Source: Naegleria gruberi (taxonomy: Eukaryota). Taken from it: a stretch of 64,000 nucleotides of DNA. Below are positions 1-12,800 of the stretch, piece by piece. Within the stretch, counting starts at the first letter, position 1, and every line of letters starts with the position of its first letter. The position numbers were made by a program, and so were the translations under genes. The stretch lies in NCBI GenBank assembly GCA_000004985.1, contig GG738885.1; one strand, 5' to 3'. The notes under the pieces are model-generated. The model saw only the letters and a program-made list of their open reading frames with translations, had not been told where the DNA came from and did no database searches.

Positions 1-487
1 TCCCAAACCCAAACCCAAACCCAAACCCAAACGAAACCCAAACCCAAACCCAAACCCAAACCCAAACCCAAACCCAAACCCAAAACCCAAACCCAAACCC
101 AAACCCAAACCCAAACCCAAACCCAAACCCAAACCCAAACCCAAACCCAAACCCAAACCCAAACCCAAACCCAAACCCAAACCCAAACCCAAACCCAAAC
201 CCAAACCCAAACCCAAACCCAAACCCAAACCCAAACCCAAACCCAAACCCAAACCCAAACCCAAAACCCAAACCCAAACCCAAACCCAAACCCAAACCCA
301 ACCCAAACCCAAACCCAAACCCAAACCCAAACCCAAACCCAAACCCAAACCCAAACCCAAACCCAAACCCAAACCCAAACCCAAACCCAAACCCAAACCC
401 AAACCCAAACCCAAACCTAAAAACCCAAACCTAAAAACCCAAACCTAAAAACCCAAACCTAAAAACCCAAACCTAAAAACCTAAAAA
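1..487. repeat. Terminal telomeric repeat array (CCCAAA)n on the + strand, i.e. G-strand (TTTGGG)n running toward the left end. It becomes degenerate (CCCAAACCTAAAAA units) at the inner edge, ~420-487.
   Basis: Directly visible perfect hexamer CCCAAA repeated ~70 times from position 1, with occasional CCCAAAA/CCCAACC variants. The C-rich strand reads 5'->3' at the left edge, which is the correct polarity for a chromosome end. Confidence 0.85.
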
Positions 488-499
488 ATATTTAAGTCC

Positions 500-938
500 A
501 GACCCAATGTTTCAAAGTTCAAACCCTAGGCCAATTTATTGATTGTTATATCATTCGATTGTAAATGATGAGTAGAACAATGTATTATATTTAGTTTTTC
601 AATTTATAAAATATTAACTTTGTAAATAATGTAAGATTAAAAATTTGTAAAATGAAACCATAGGAAGAATGATAATTTCATAATCCTTTAATGAGATTAT
701 ATAGTCTATATCATCATTAACAATATTCATAATCAGTTTCATATAAAATTTCAAAAGTTCAAGTCTGTAGATATAAAAGTATTGAGTGAAAAGGGAAGTT
801 GTGAGGTACAATAGGTCAACTATAACTTTTGAGTTTCTCATCAAATCATATTAAATCCTGAGATGAAAATGTTCCATTTGATTAGTAAACATCGAATATC
901 AAATTTATTTTGACTTTCATATTTAGAGATTTCTTCCC
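500..938. repeat. Telomere-associated subtelomeric element, copy A (~440 bp)
   Basis: ~90% identical to 1420-1860 (copy B). A shared 3' part (atgaaaatgttccatttgat..agtaaacatcgaatatcaaatttatttt..atttagagatttcttccc) recurs at ~4241-4310. Confidence 0.7.
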
Positions 939-988
939 NNNNNNNNNNNNNNNNNNNNNNNNNNNNNNNNNNNNNNNNNNNNNNNNNN
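939..988. other. Assembly gap (50 N)
   Basis: Run of n. Confidence 0.99.
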
Positions 989-1415
989 AAACCCAAACCC
1001 AAACCCAAACCCAAACCCAAACCCAAACCCAAACCCAAACCCAAACCCAAACCCAAACCCAAACCCAAACCCAAACCCAAACCCAAACCCAAACCCAAAC
1101 CCAAACCCAAACCCAAACCCAAACCCAAACCCAAACCCAAACCCAAACCCAAACCCAAACCCAAACCCAAACCCAAACCCAAACCCAAACCCAAACCCAA
1201 ACCCAAACCCAAACCCAAACCCAAACCCAAACCCAAACCCAAACCCAAACCCAAACCCAAACCCAAACCCAAACCCAAACCCAAACCCAAACCCAAACCC
1301 AAACCCAAACCCAACCCAAACCCAAACCCAAACCCAAACCCAAACCCAAACCCAAACCCAAACCCAGAACTAAAAATAGAATTCTTCTAAACCCAACGTT
1401 CAAACCCAAACCAAA
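989..1415. repeat. Second (interstitial) telomere-type (CCCAAA)n tract, degenerate at the inner end
   Basis: Perfect CCCAAA hexamers 989-1366, then degenerate cccagaactaaaaataga..cccaaaccaaaatt. Confidence 0.85.
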
Positions 1416-1419
1416 ATTA

Positions 1420-1901
1420 TAAACTTATTCAAATATCATTAAATTTTATATCATTCGATAGCTAATGATGAGTAGAACAACATGTTATATTTAGTTTATC
1501 AATTTATAAAATATTAACTTTGTAAATAATGTCAGATTAAAATTTGTAAAATGAAACCATAGGAAGAATGATAATTTCAAAATCATTTAATGAGGTTATA
1601 TAGCCAATATCATCATTAACAACATTTATAATCACTTTCATATCAAATACAAAAGTTCAAGTCTGTAGATATAAAAGTATCAAGTGAAAAGGGAAGATGT
1701 GAGGTAAAAGAGGTCAACTATAACTTTTGAGTTTCTCATCAAAACATATTGAAACCTGATATGAAAATGTTCCATTTGATGAGTAAACATCGAATATCAA
1801 ATTTATTTTAACTTTCATATTTAGAGATTTCTTCCCTCAATCACCCATGGTCAATTGTATGAAAAGGTGGAAATCTTGAAAAAGGACCACCTATTGAAAC
1901 T
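1420..1901. repeat. Telomere-associated subtelomeric element, copy B. It extends further than copy A and runs into a gap.
   Basis: Alignable base-for-base with 500-938. Its tail ..aaaaaggaccacctattgaaact recurs at 4052-4072. Confidence 0.7.
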
Positions 1902-3491
1902 NNNNNNNNNNNNNNNNNNNNNNNNNNNNNNNNNNNNNNNNNNNNNNNNNNNNNNNNNNNNNNNNNNNNNNNNNNNNNNNNNNNNNNNNNNNNNNNNNNN
2001 NNNNNNNNNNNNNNNNNNNNNNNNNNNNNNNNNNNNNNNNNNNNNNNNNNNNNNNNNNNNNNNNNNNNNNNNNNNNNNNNNNNNNNNNNNNNNNNNNNNN
2101 NNNNNNNNNNNNNNNNNNNNNNNNNNNNNNNNNNNNNNNNNNNNNNNNNNNNNNNNNNNNNNNNNNNNNNNNNNNNNNNNNNNNNNNNNNNNNNNNNNNN
2201 NNNNNNNNNNNNNNNNNNNNNNNNNNNNNNNNNNNNNNNNNNNNNNNNNNNNNNNNNNNNNNNNNNNNNNNNNNNNNNNNNNNNNNNNNNNNNNNNNNNN
2301 NNNNNNNNNNNNNNNNNNNNNNNNNNNNNNNNNNNNNNNNNNNNNNNNNNNNNNNNNNNNNNNNNNNNNNNNNNNNNNNNNNNNNNNNNNNNNNNNNNNN
2401 NNNNNNNNNNNNNNNNNNNNNNNNNNNNNNNNNNNNNNNNNNNNNNNNNNNNNNNNNNNNNNNNNNNNNNNNNNNNNNNNNNNNNNNNNNNNNNNNNNNN
2501 NNNNNNNNNNNNNNNNNNNNNNNNNNNNNNNNNNNNNNNNNNNNNNNNNNNNNNNNNNNNNNNNNNNNNNNNNNNNNNNNNNNNNNNNNNNNNNNNNNNN
2601 NNNNNNNNNNNNNNNNNNNNNNNNNNNNNNNNNNNNNNNNNNNNNNNNNNNNNNNNNNNNNNNNNNNNNNNNNNNNNNNNNNNNNNNNNNNNNNNNNNNN
2701 NNNNNNNNNNNNNNNNNNNNNNNNNNNNNNNNNNNNNNNNNNNNNNNNNNNNNNNNNNNNNNNNNNNNNNNNNNNNNNNNNNNNNNNNNNNNNNNNNNNN
2801 NNNNNNNNNNNNNNNNNNNNNNNNNNNNNNNNNNNNNNNNNNNNNNNNNNNNNNNNNNNNNNNNNNNNNNNNNNNNNNNNNNNNNNNNNNNNNNNNNNNN
2901 NNNNNNNNNNNNNNNNNNNNNNNNNNNNNNNNNNNNNNNNNNNNNNNNNNNNNNNNNNNNNNNNNNNNNNNNNNNNNNNNNNNNNNNNNNNNNNNNNNNN
3001 NNNNNNNNNNNNNNNNNNNNNNNNNNNNNNNNNNNNNNNNNNNNNNNNNNNNNNNNNNNNNNNNNNNNNNNNNNNNNNNNNNNNNNNNNNNNNNNNNNNN
3101 NNNNNNNNNNNNNNNNNNNNNNNNNNNNNNNNNNNNNNNNNNNNNNNNNNNNNNNNNNNNNNNNNNNNNNNNNNNNNNNNNNNNNNNNNNNNNNNNNNNN
3201 NNNNNNNNNNNNNNNNNNNNNNNNNNNNNNNNNNNNNNNNNNNNNNNNNNNNNNNNNNNNNNNNNNNNNNNNNNNNNNNNNNNNNNNNNNNNNNNNNNNN
3301 NNNNNNNNNNNNNNNNNNNNNNNNNNNNNNNNNNNNNNNNNNNNNNNNNNNNNNNNNNNNNNNNNNNNNNNNNNNNNNNNNNNNNNNNNNNNNNNNNNNN
3401 NNNNNNNNNNNNNNNNNNNNNNNNNNNNNNNNNNNNNNNNNNNNNNNNNNNNNNNNNNNNNNNNNNNNNNNNNNNNNNNNNNNNNNNNNNN
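1902..3491. other. Assembly gap (1,590 N)
   Basis: Run of n. The flanking ORFs made of X are artefacts. Confidence 0.99.
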
Positions 3492-4051
3492 GCTGAACAA
3501 TACTAGATTGAAAGTTTCCAAATTACCATATGAATCTGGCAGTGATGATGATTTTAGTGAAAATATTGAATTTCACTAAAATATTACTATTATCAGATTT
3601 ATTTCCACAAATATTACTATTATAATGATGATAAATAACAATGATGATGGTTGGAAGTTGTTCCGATGATGGTTTACCAACTTGAATTTTTCCCAAGTGA
3701 AAATTAAATTCCAAATTTATAATCACAATCCAATAATAAAAACTACTACCAGTAATACTATTAGGATGATGTTGAGATGATGATGTGAAAGTTTGGTGGA
3801 TTCATGGGGTGAAATCACTCTGAAAATCACCAAAGTGTTCCCAATGTGTGTTTGGGCTGAAATATTTTTTCTTAATGGTGGAAAATAATGGAACGTGTAT
3901 TTGTTAGGTGTTATTAATACATACAAGGCAACACCAAGAACTTTTGTCCATCAAATAAGCACCCTACTATTTTCGCCTAGACATTTTAGGCTATTTTTTT
4001 TGGCCTAAATATTTTTTGCCTGTTTTTCAGGCGAAAAAAGTAGCCTAGAAC

Positions 4052-4395
4052 AGGACCACCTATTGAAACTTTACCAAAATGATATACATGATATATAATG
4101 ATATAGAATTCAATTTCATGTCCAAATAATCAGAAATGGTACCATGGGAAGGTAAATGTTGATATATTATGGATGACTTTAAGGATTGATAGGTCAGATC
4201 ATATCTATCAAATACTTCACTTTAACCAATAAAATAAACATGAAAATGTTCCATTTGATGAGTAGAGATAGAATATCAAGTTTATTTTAACTTTTATATT
4301 CACGATTTCAACTCTAACATGCCATCTGATAAACTATGGACACGGATGAATTTCTGGAAAATGACCACTTTATGAAACATTACCATCATGTTCCA
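4052..4395. repeat. Partial third copy / variant of the subtelomeric element
   Basis: Shares caggaccacctattgaaact, catgaaaatgttccatttgatgagta..atatcaa.tttattttaactt and a gaccac.ttatgaaac variant with copies A/B. Confidence 0.5.
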
Positions 4396-4598
4396 CATCT
4401 CAAATAATGTATATAATTCAGTTTTTAGACGTTTTGGTGAACATTCCATCTTTCAGTAAGGTAAAGAGTGATTTATCAAGGTTGACTTTGGAGGATCAGG
4501 AGGAAATCTTGAATATAGAGAACCAAATCCTCAATCAACAAAATACATATCAATCGATTGGAAATCATTAGTACATCTCGAAAATATAATTTATTTTA

Positions 4599-5417
4599 NN
4601 NNNNNNNNNNNNNNNNNNNNNNNNNNNNNNNNNNNNNNNNNNNNNNNNNNNNNNNNNNNNNNNNNNNNNNNNNNNNNNNNNNNNNNNNNNNNNNNNNNNN
4701 NNNNNNNNNNNNNNNNNNNNNNNNNNNNNNNNNNNNNNNNNNNNNNNNNNNNNNNNNNNNNNNNNNNNNNNNNNNNNNNNNNNNNNNNNNNNNNNNNNNN
4801 NNNNNNNNNNNNNNNNNNNNNNNNNNNNNNNNNNNNNNNNNNNNNNNNNNNNNNNNNNNNNNNNNNNNNNNNNNNNNNNNNNNNNNNNNNNNNNNNNNNN
4901 NNNNNNNNNNNNNNNNNNNNNNNNNNNNNNNNNNNNNNNNNNNNNNNNNNNNNNNNNNNNNNNNNNNNNNNNNNNNNNNNNNNNNNNNNNNNNNNNNNNN
5001 NNNNNNNNNNNNNNNNNNNNNNNNNNNNNNNNNNNNNNNNNNNNNNNNNNNNNNNNNNNNNNNNNNNNNNNNNNNNNNNNNNNNNNNNNNNNNNNNNNNN
5101 NNNNNNNNNNNNNNNNNNNNNNNNNNNNNNNNNNNNNNNNNNNNNNNNNNNNNNNNNNNNNNNNNNNNNNNNNNNNNNNNNNNNNNNNNNNNNNNNNNNN
5201 NNNNNNNNNNNNNNNNNNNNNNNNNNNNNNNNNNNNNNNNNNNNNNNNNNNNNNNNNNNNNNNNNNNNNNNNNNNNNNNNNNNNNNNNNNNNNNNNNNNN
5301 NNNNNNNNNNNNNNNNNNNNNNNNNNNNNNNNNNNNNNNNNNNNNNNNNNNNNNNNNNNNNNNNNNNNNNNNNNNNNNNNNNNNNNNNNNNNNNNNNNNN
5401 NNNNNNNNNNNNNNNNN
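4599..5417. other. Assembly gap (819 N)
   Basis: Run of n. Confidence 0.99.
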
Positions 5418-6855
5418 AAGAATATATATCAATTGTTCTTCTCATGTCAGTAATCAGTGAAGGTGACACTTCATCAACCTTAGTTTTCACATCTCAATAT
5501 CTAGACTGTCAATTCGACTGAAACTTGAAATATTACCTATCTAGATGATATAATGATGACTCTCCATAGTAACATGCATGTGAAATTGAATGTTGACACT
5601 TTTCATCTTGTTATATTTATAGAGATGGTATCCAACAGAGTCAGTTCATAATATTAAATATTGAAACTCATTCTATATGACATGTTTGATGTATAGAACG
5701 GTTTTTTATTGAATGTAATCAATTTGAAATAATTTGATGAAATTGACACTGTCAGGTCACCATTACAAGACAAATAGACCATAGTTTACATTCCATCTCA
5801 GTCATTTCAAAGAGTTATTGATTAACTCCACCACCATTATGTTTCTCACACGCTCTAGTACAATTAATATTTCAAGAGTGAGTTCTGTGGAAGACTCTGT
5901 AAGAAATAATACCATATATATAGTAATATCAATAAACTGAATTGAAGAGTTAATTCTTCTCATTTTCAAATAGATTATTCAATATAGAACAAATCTAGAT
6001 AGTTTCCAGATCATAAAAGTCAAGCTACTATATATGGTCTTTGATTAAATTTAAAAATAGACTGCCGTTGATTACTGGAATATTAATTCAAAGCTTGATG
6101 ATCAAGCTATTGATTGAAAATCAAACCGATTATTGAATATTGATCATTGAATTGGTGAATAATCACTCTTGATAATGATACATATTGAAGATTGATGCAA
6201 ATCAACGTGATTCAATCTACAAAGGTTGGTAGTTGCACCACTACGTGGCGAAACTACCCATTCCACGATGAATCAACATGTGATTCACTTCCATGCAACT
6301 CAATTTGACCGTTATAATCAATAAATCAATGAAATGTTACTTTATTAGCAATACCTATTCAATCTAATGAGTAGATTCACGTCCCAAACATTTGACTTCT
6401 CAAAGTCCATATTTCAAAAGTTAGTACTGACCTGACCTTTATATATCTATCAATATAAGAAATGAAACCATCAAATTTACATCATTAATAGATGATAAGA
6501 AATATAATCAATGATATGAATCTTCACTAAGTAATCTCTTAAATAACCCAAATAAATCAACTCTGAATCCTAACCAAACCCTTATTCAACATTCATTAGA
6601 AGAAGATAGATTCCCAGTGATATATTCTCTCTCTTTACAATTTATTATTTCAATATCTGACAAATTAATTGAGATAGAAGGTATTTCATCAGCTCATATC
6701 AAAATAGCTGGAGTTGAACTACCTTGAAAAAGAAGTCTGGAAATTTGGAAGAGTTGAAAGAAAATCCAGAGAAAAACTTCACGCTCTTGTTCATTCAACT
6801 CCAAAGTCTTATATTCAACAAGCACCAACTTTTCTCTTCAACTTACAACAATTTA

Positions 6856-9800
6856 TTAAACCAACATCCTCACAGAAATACTACCTTGACTTTGTGTAGA
6901 AGTTGTATTGGCTGATTCCTGATATGAATTCTTTGATGGTAGAGAAATCATTTGAGCACGAACAGTCATTTCTACATCATCTGAAGAATTATCCTTCTCC
7001 TCCTGTGGTCTAGTTTTTCTTCTTCTTCCACAACAGCAACAAACACACGAACCCCTACGATAAATAACACCAGCAACTAGTGCAATGAAGAAGCAAGTAA
7101 TCGAAATAAAACAGGTTCCACCAATGACTGTTGAAATAATAATGATATCCTGAGTGGTGAGATAGGTCGTATTGGCAGCTTGGAATGTTCTAAGGGAAGT
7201 ATTTTTCACAACAATCACATTAGAAATGAATAAATCTGAGAATACACAATTACAATCAGTAGTTGAAGTAGCATTATTATAACCAGAAATTGAACATGAG
7301 GAGTAATCATTTCCTAGATCAGATTGAACTCTAACACATGAATAGGAAGAAATATCAAAGATGCCATAATCATCTTTAGAAACACGAATGTGGAATGTAA
7401 CATTTTGTCTCAAACCAACAGCTGTTGTGTTGGATTGAATAGAGAAACTTGTACTAACTGGAGAAACAACTACTATTGTGGAATTTTCATCCTGTTGATT
7501 AATTAACTTTTGTACAATAATTGGAATGTTTTCCTTAACCACAACTGAATAAGTTGCAGAACCAAATGGATTACTATCACTAACAAGAATATCTGGCATG
7601 GTGATATTAACAATGTTTGCTTGGTATTTTCCGTCTGTTGAGGATGGTGAGCCAATCACTGATTGAGAAAGATATTTAACATATTCCTTATCTGCCTTTA
7701 CAATGGAAACACCACTGTTTAATACTACAGCACTTGCACTTACTGGTTCTCCTTTTACAATTGTGAGAGCAAGTTTTTCAGTGAGAGCAGAAATTTCTTC
7801 GTCTCTTGCAAATTGATCTTTCAGGTTTGTAATATTTTCAGAGGCATAGACTAGATTTTCAACAACTGACATGAAAGTTTGAGTTGTCTGAGGTGGAACA
7901 CCAACATTAGTTCTGAAATTTTGTTCCACAATATTCTCAAGAGCATTCACTGATTTTTCAATGACAACTTGCCCAATATTTTGCTCATTCTTTAACATGG
8001 TGTGAATAGCATAGACAATCATTGATGAGGTTGACTCTGAGATTGTTTCTTCTGAAGTAGTTTCAGTTGCATTGGCCAATATATCTAATAAAGTTGTTTG
8101 AATATTAGTAATGGTAGTGGCACTCTTCTCAGATTCAGGTAAAGTTTGTAACATTTGATTAGTTGAAACTATGGTATTAATTGTTTGTGAAATACTTTGA
8201 CTCGAATCACCATCTTTAACAAAGGATGACATGATTGTATTGGTTTGGGTTGTAACTTGCTGAACAATCTGTGTAATTGAAGTCACCACAACACGCATCA
8301 CAGTAACATGGTAATACATAATTCTGAATTCACCTGTTTGAGTATCAGTTAATTCAACGAATATTTTGACAGTTGTTGAATTACTGGTAGAGGAACTAGA
8401 TGATGGCAGTTTCATTGTTTTTTCTTGAGTGAGAGGAATATAAATCATGATGCCTGTATCAACATCAATATAACCTTGTTTGATTTGAATGGTATTTTGT
8501 TGATTTTGACAATTTTGACATGTGAGTGTGAAATCTGTTTGCATGGAAATACCTTCAGAAGGTGAAACAGTACATGGACATTTTTGTGGTTGAGCTGCCT
8601 TTGTGAAACTGTTAGAACTTTCAGTGGAGGCAATTTCAATTTCAGAGCTTTCACTCTTTTGGACATAGGAAGCCTTAAATTGAATGGCATGTGCAACTCC
8701 TTCTTCTAATTGTTTGGAGTTTACAATAATTGCACTTTGTTCATTCTTATTTACAACTTGAATGTTTTCTGAAGTTGGTGAAATAGTAGTAATTGTGGTT
8801 AAAGAATTTGAAGCATAGGATTTGCTTGTGAAACTTTCTGAAACAACACCATTGTCAATCTTCCATTGAGACTTGACAGAAACTGAAGAATCAGTTAAAT
8901 CTTGGTTTGAATGTTGAACTTCAATAGAAATTCGACCATTGCTATTGATAATTGAGTTGGAAGTTGGTTCGACTGCAATGTAAGTTACCATTGGAGGTGA
9001 ATGAACAATATTCAAAGTAATTGAGCTTGATGTTTGTCTTTCACCTTTTGTAATTGTCAAAGTCAGCTTTGGTTTTGTAAGAGTTAGTGTTGAAAAGTCT
9101 TCTTGATTGAAAATTACAATAGAGGAGTGATTCTTTGAGTATAGAGACATCTTATCAAGAATTCCATCACCACAATACCCATTAGTTTCAGAGTTAATAC
9201 ACGTCCATTTCCAAACTTCCTTTTCGTCTACATTATTTTCAGGGTCTTCACTAGAGACTTGAATAACGTTTCTCATAGATGAAGTTTCTTTTAAAGAGAG
9301 AGAAAGTGAAAGATCTGGTTGATAGGTATTAATTATAGCAAAGTCACTAATTGTAGAAGTTTGATTGGCCACAATAATGGTTACCTTAAAGACATATTTC
9401 ACTTTTCCAGAAGCAAACTTTTCAATAATCAAATTTTGATAAGAATCTTTGTGATACCTGATGGATGGTCCTTCAATTTGCTCCCAATCAACATTGATTG
9501 CTTGATCTTTCAAATAGGTTGGCAAATAGGTAACCTTCTTAATAGAAACCAACTTATCAGTTGACTTGAAAGTATTTTGCTTTTCACCAGAAATTAGCAC
9601 AGAGGCCATTTCAACATCTTGAACTTGGAATGCAATTGTTTCAATAGAACTGTATTGGGCTGATATTTGACTCTTTACCTTCAAAATCAATGTATAAACT
9701 CCCTTAATTAATGAACCTTTTTGAATCGTAATGGTTGACAGCTTATTTGATCTAATATTGTTCAAAACTGTAGATGAAATTGAGTCACCTTGAATATCCC

Positions 9801-12800
9801 AAATATATTCCAATTCCTTCTTATCTCCAGAATAACTGTTCGAACCACTAAATATTATATCTTCATAATAACTAAATAATTTCTTTGAGGATGTAACTTG
9901 GGCAACTGGTGGCTTGACTGTTTGTGAAATGATAAAGTAAATTCTAATGTAAATTTCAATAATGGTGGTAGTAATCTTTGAGAATGCATATTTGTTAACT
10001 CTAATATTACTTGATGCTGTTAAACTAAAATCATAATCGAATTGAATCTTAAAATTACCATTTGCCTTATCAGTCCAGAAACATTTTGGCTCTGTACCAA
10101 GCAATTGCAAATCATCAGCGTGAATCAATTTGGAGCATGGAACTGTATTTGCCGTGTATGAAGGTGGAGCAAATAATTTGAGGGTAACTCCATCAAATAG
10201 TTCATTAATTTGAGCGTAAATTTCATTAATATAGGTAGAGTTGAATGATCCAAAGTATGTTGCACAATCACTTCCAAAGTAGCCATTCATACAATCATTA
10301 CAAGAAATTCCATTCCAGTAGCCATTATCTCTATCTTGATAGCAAGAGCATTTACCAGTAATATCACAATTACCATGACCATTACAAGTTGTTTGACCAT
10401 TACAATATATATCACAATTTGGCCCATAGTAATTAGTCTTACACTTTTCACAAATAAATCCATCAAAATTACCTGTACAAACACAAGTATTGTTGCTTCC
10501 ACAAGATCCACCATTCAAACAAGTTGAGACGGTACAAGATCTCTCAGTACATGTTGGACCAGTGTAGGCAGGATGACATGTATTACAATCAGATCCATAA
10601 TAATGACCATTTACATCATCATTAACACATGAACAAGTATTGACATCTACACATTGACCATGTCCTGAACAAACATTAGAGCTACTCTTTGAAATAGAAT
10701 TACAATCAAATTGATCACACTTTTCACCATAGTATCCTGAATTACATATGCATCCTGCTACGCCACTTGTAGAATTGATAAAACATTTACCATGATTTGA
10801 ACAAACTCTAAAATCAGTACTTGAGTAATAATCTTCAACGCCATTATAAATACCTCTACAGAGTAAGTTTTCACAAGAATCGCCTGTAATCTTGACTCCA
10901 GAAATTGACAAGCAGGAACACTTATCAATATCTAAACAAGTACCTCTTCCTGAACAAACCTTTGCATCTGTAGAAGAAATGCCATAACAAGTTTTATCTT
11001 GACAGGCTTGACCTCCGTATCCGAACTGACATGTGCATTTTCCATCACTGGAACATTTACCCTTTCCACTGCAAACAGTTGGATCATCTTGTCTCTTTCC
11101 ATTGCAACTTGTAATATTGCATTTATATCCAAAGAATCCATTTGAGCATTTACATAAATCATTTCCAATACATTCACCATTTCCTGAACAAACTACCTTA
11201 GTTTCCAAACTGGAAATACCAAAACAGTCGAAACTCAAAGTGGTTGTAATTTCTTGCACTGTGGTGATATTTCTAATGACAAGCAAATTATCAATAGCGA
11301 GCTCAGTAAATTGGCAATTACATTTCACAGTAGAAGTTTGCTCATCATAACTTGCAGTACATTGCTTACCATTCAACGACATATCAGATTCTACACCAAC
11401 ACAAGAATATGTGTAAGTAATATTGGTTTGTGGTGGTAATAATGGTAGTTCTTCTACTGACATTTCAACGGTAACATTCTTTGAACTCAATTCATCCAAA
11501 ATTTGACTTGTAACGGTTGTCACATTTTCAACAATGGAGAAGCTTGTACTCACAGAGGACACAACTTCAACAGTGGTGGTAGTGGTAAGTGAGGTTTTAA
11601 TATTTTGAACAATTGTTGTTACAGAGCTGGAAATTGTGGAATCGACAAGCATTGCAGTATTTTCCTCTATTGTCACAGAATAGGTCATTGATGTGAAGTG
11701 ATTATCTTTAGACATAGATTCAATAGCTGGAATGCTGATATTTACAGAAACATCATTTCCAGAAGTGGAAATTGTAGAGTTTGAAAAGTCTGTCAAGTAA
11801 ACCTTGTCAACTACGACAGTTAAGGTTGATGTCTGTAAAATAACAGGATCTGCACTCACAGGTTGTTCAATTACAATGGAGGTAGCAAGATTTTTTGTAA
11901 GAGATGAAACCTTCTCCAAGCTATTGAACTGGGTATTAGTGTTTGTAATATTTTCAATGTTTGTGTAGAGAGTTTCAATAACAGTCAGGAAAGTTTTAGT
12001 CGTTTCTGTTGTTATTTCTACTTGACTCTTTGTAGCTTGTTCAATTGTATTATCCAAAATGGAAATTGATTTATCAATCACGACTGGGTCAAGATTTACT
12101 TCATTCTTTACGATTGATTGAGCAGCATAGACAACCAATGATGTAGTAGTTGCTGTGATAGTTTCAGATATTGTTTCTGTTACAGTTTCCAAAGTATTTA
12201 AAAGATTAGTTTGAATATTTGTAACTAAAGTTGAGCGCTTAGCAGCTTCAGGTAAAGTTTGCAACATTTGATTGATTGAAACTATGGTATTAACAGTTTG
12301 TGAAATACCTTGACTAGAATCACCATCTCTATTGAAATTAGAAATAATTTCACTTGTTTGATTTCTGACTTGTTGAATAACATCAGTCATTGAAGTGGCT
12401 TCAACAGTAGCAACAGTAACATTAGTGTACATCATCCTAGATTCTCCTGTCTTTGTATCAGTTAATTCAATAAACAAGGTCATGGTTTCATTTCTTTGAG
12501 TAGTCAATTGAGAATCTGTAGAAACCAATGCAGGAATTCTCATCACATTGTCTTCATTGAGTGGAACTGGAATTTTAGTATTTGTTTCCTTATCAATATA
12601 ACCTTGTGTAATTTCAATACTGTTTTGTTCGTTTTGACAATTTTGACATGTGAGTGTGAAATCAGTTTGCATGGAAACACCATTCGAAGGTGAAACAAAA
12701 CATGGACATTTTTGTGGTTGAGTTGCCTTTGCGAAATTTGTTGAACTTTCAGTTGACGCAATTTCAATTACTTCTGGAGAGCCATCAATCAAGTTGGATT

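Noticed and set aside
1-1415. Regular short repeats considered as a CRISPR array
   Set aside because: 6-bp unit without spacers; eukaryotic telomere repeats, not CRISPR.
841-1422. ORFs translating to poly-GL, poly-WV, poly-TQ and poly-KP inside the telomere repeats
   Set aside because: Pure translation artefacts of the CCCAAA hexamer array.
1851-5490. Long ORFs consisting of X (1851..3579, 4558..5490 etc.)
   Set aside because: They span N assembly gaps and have no sequence content.
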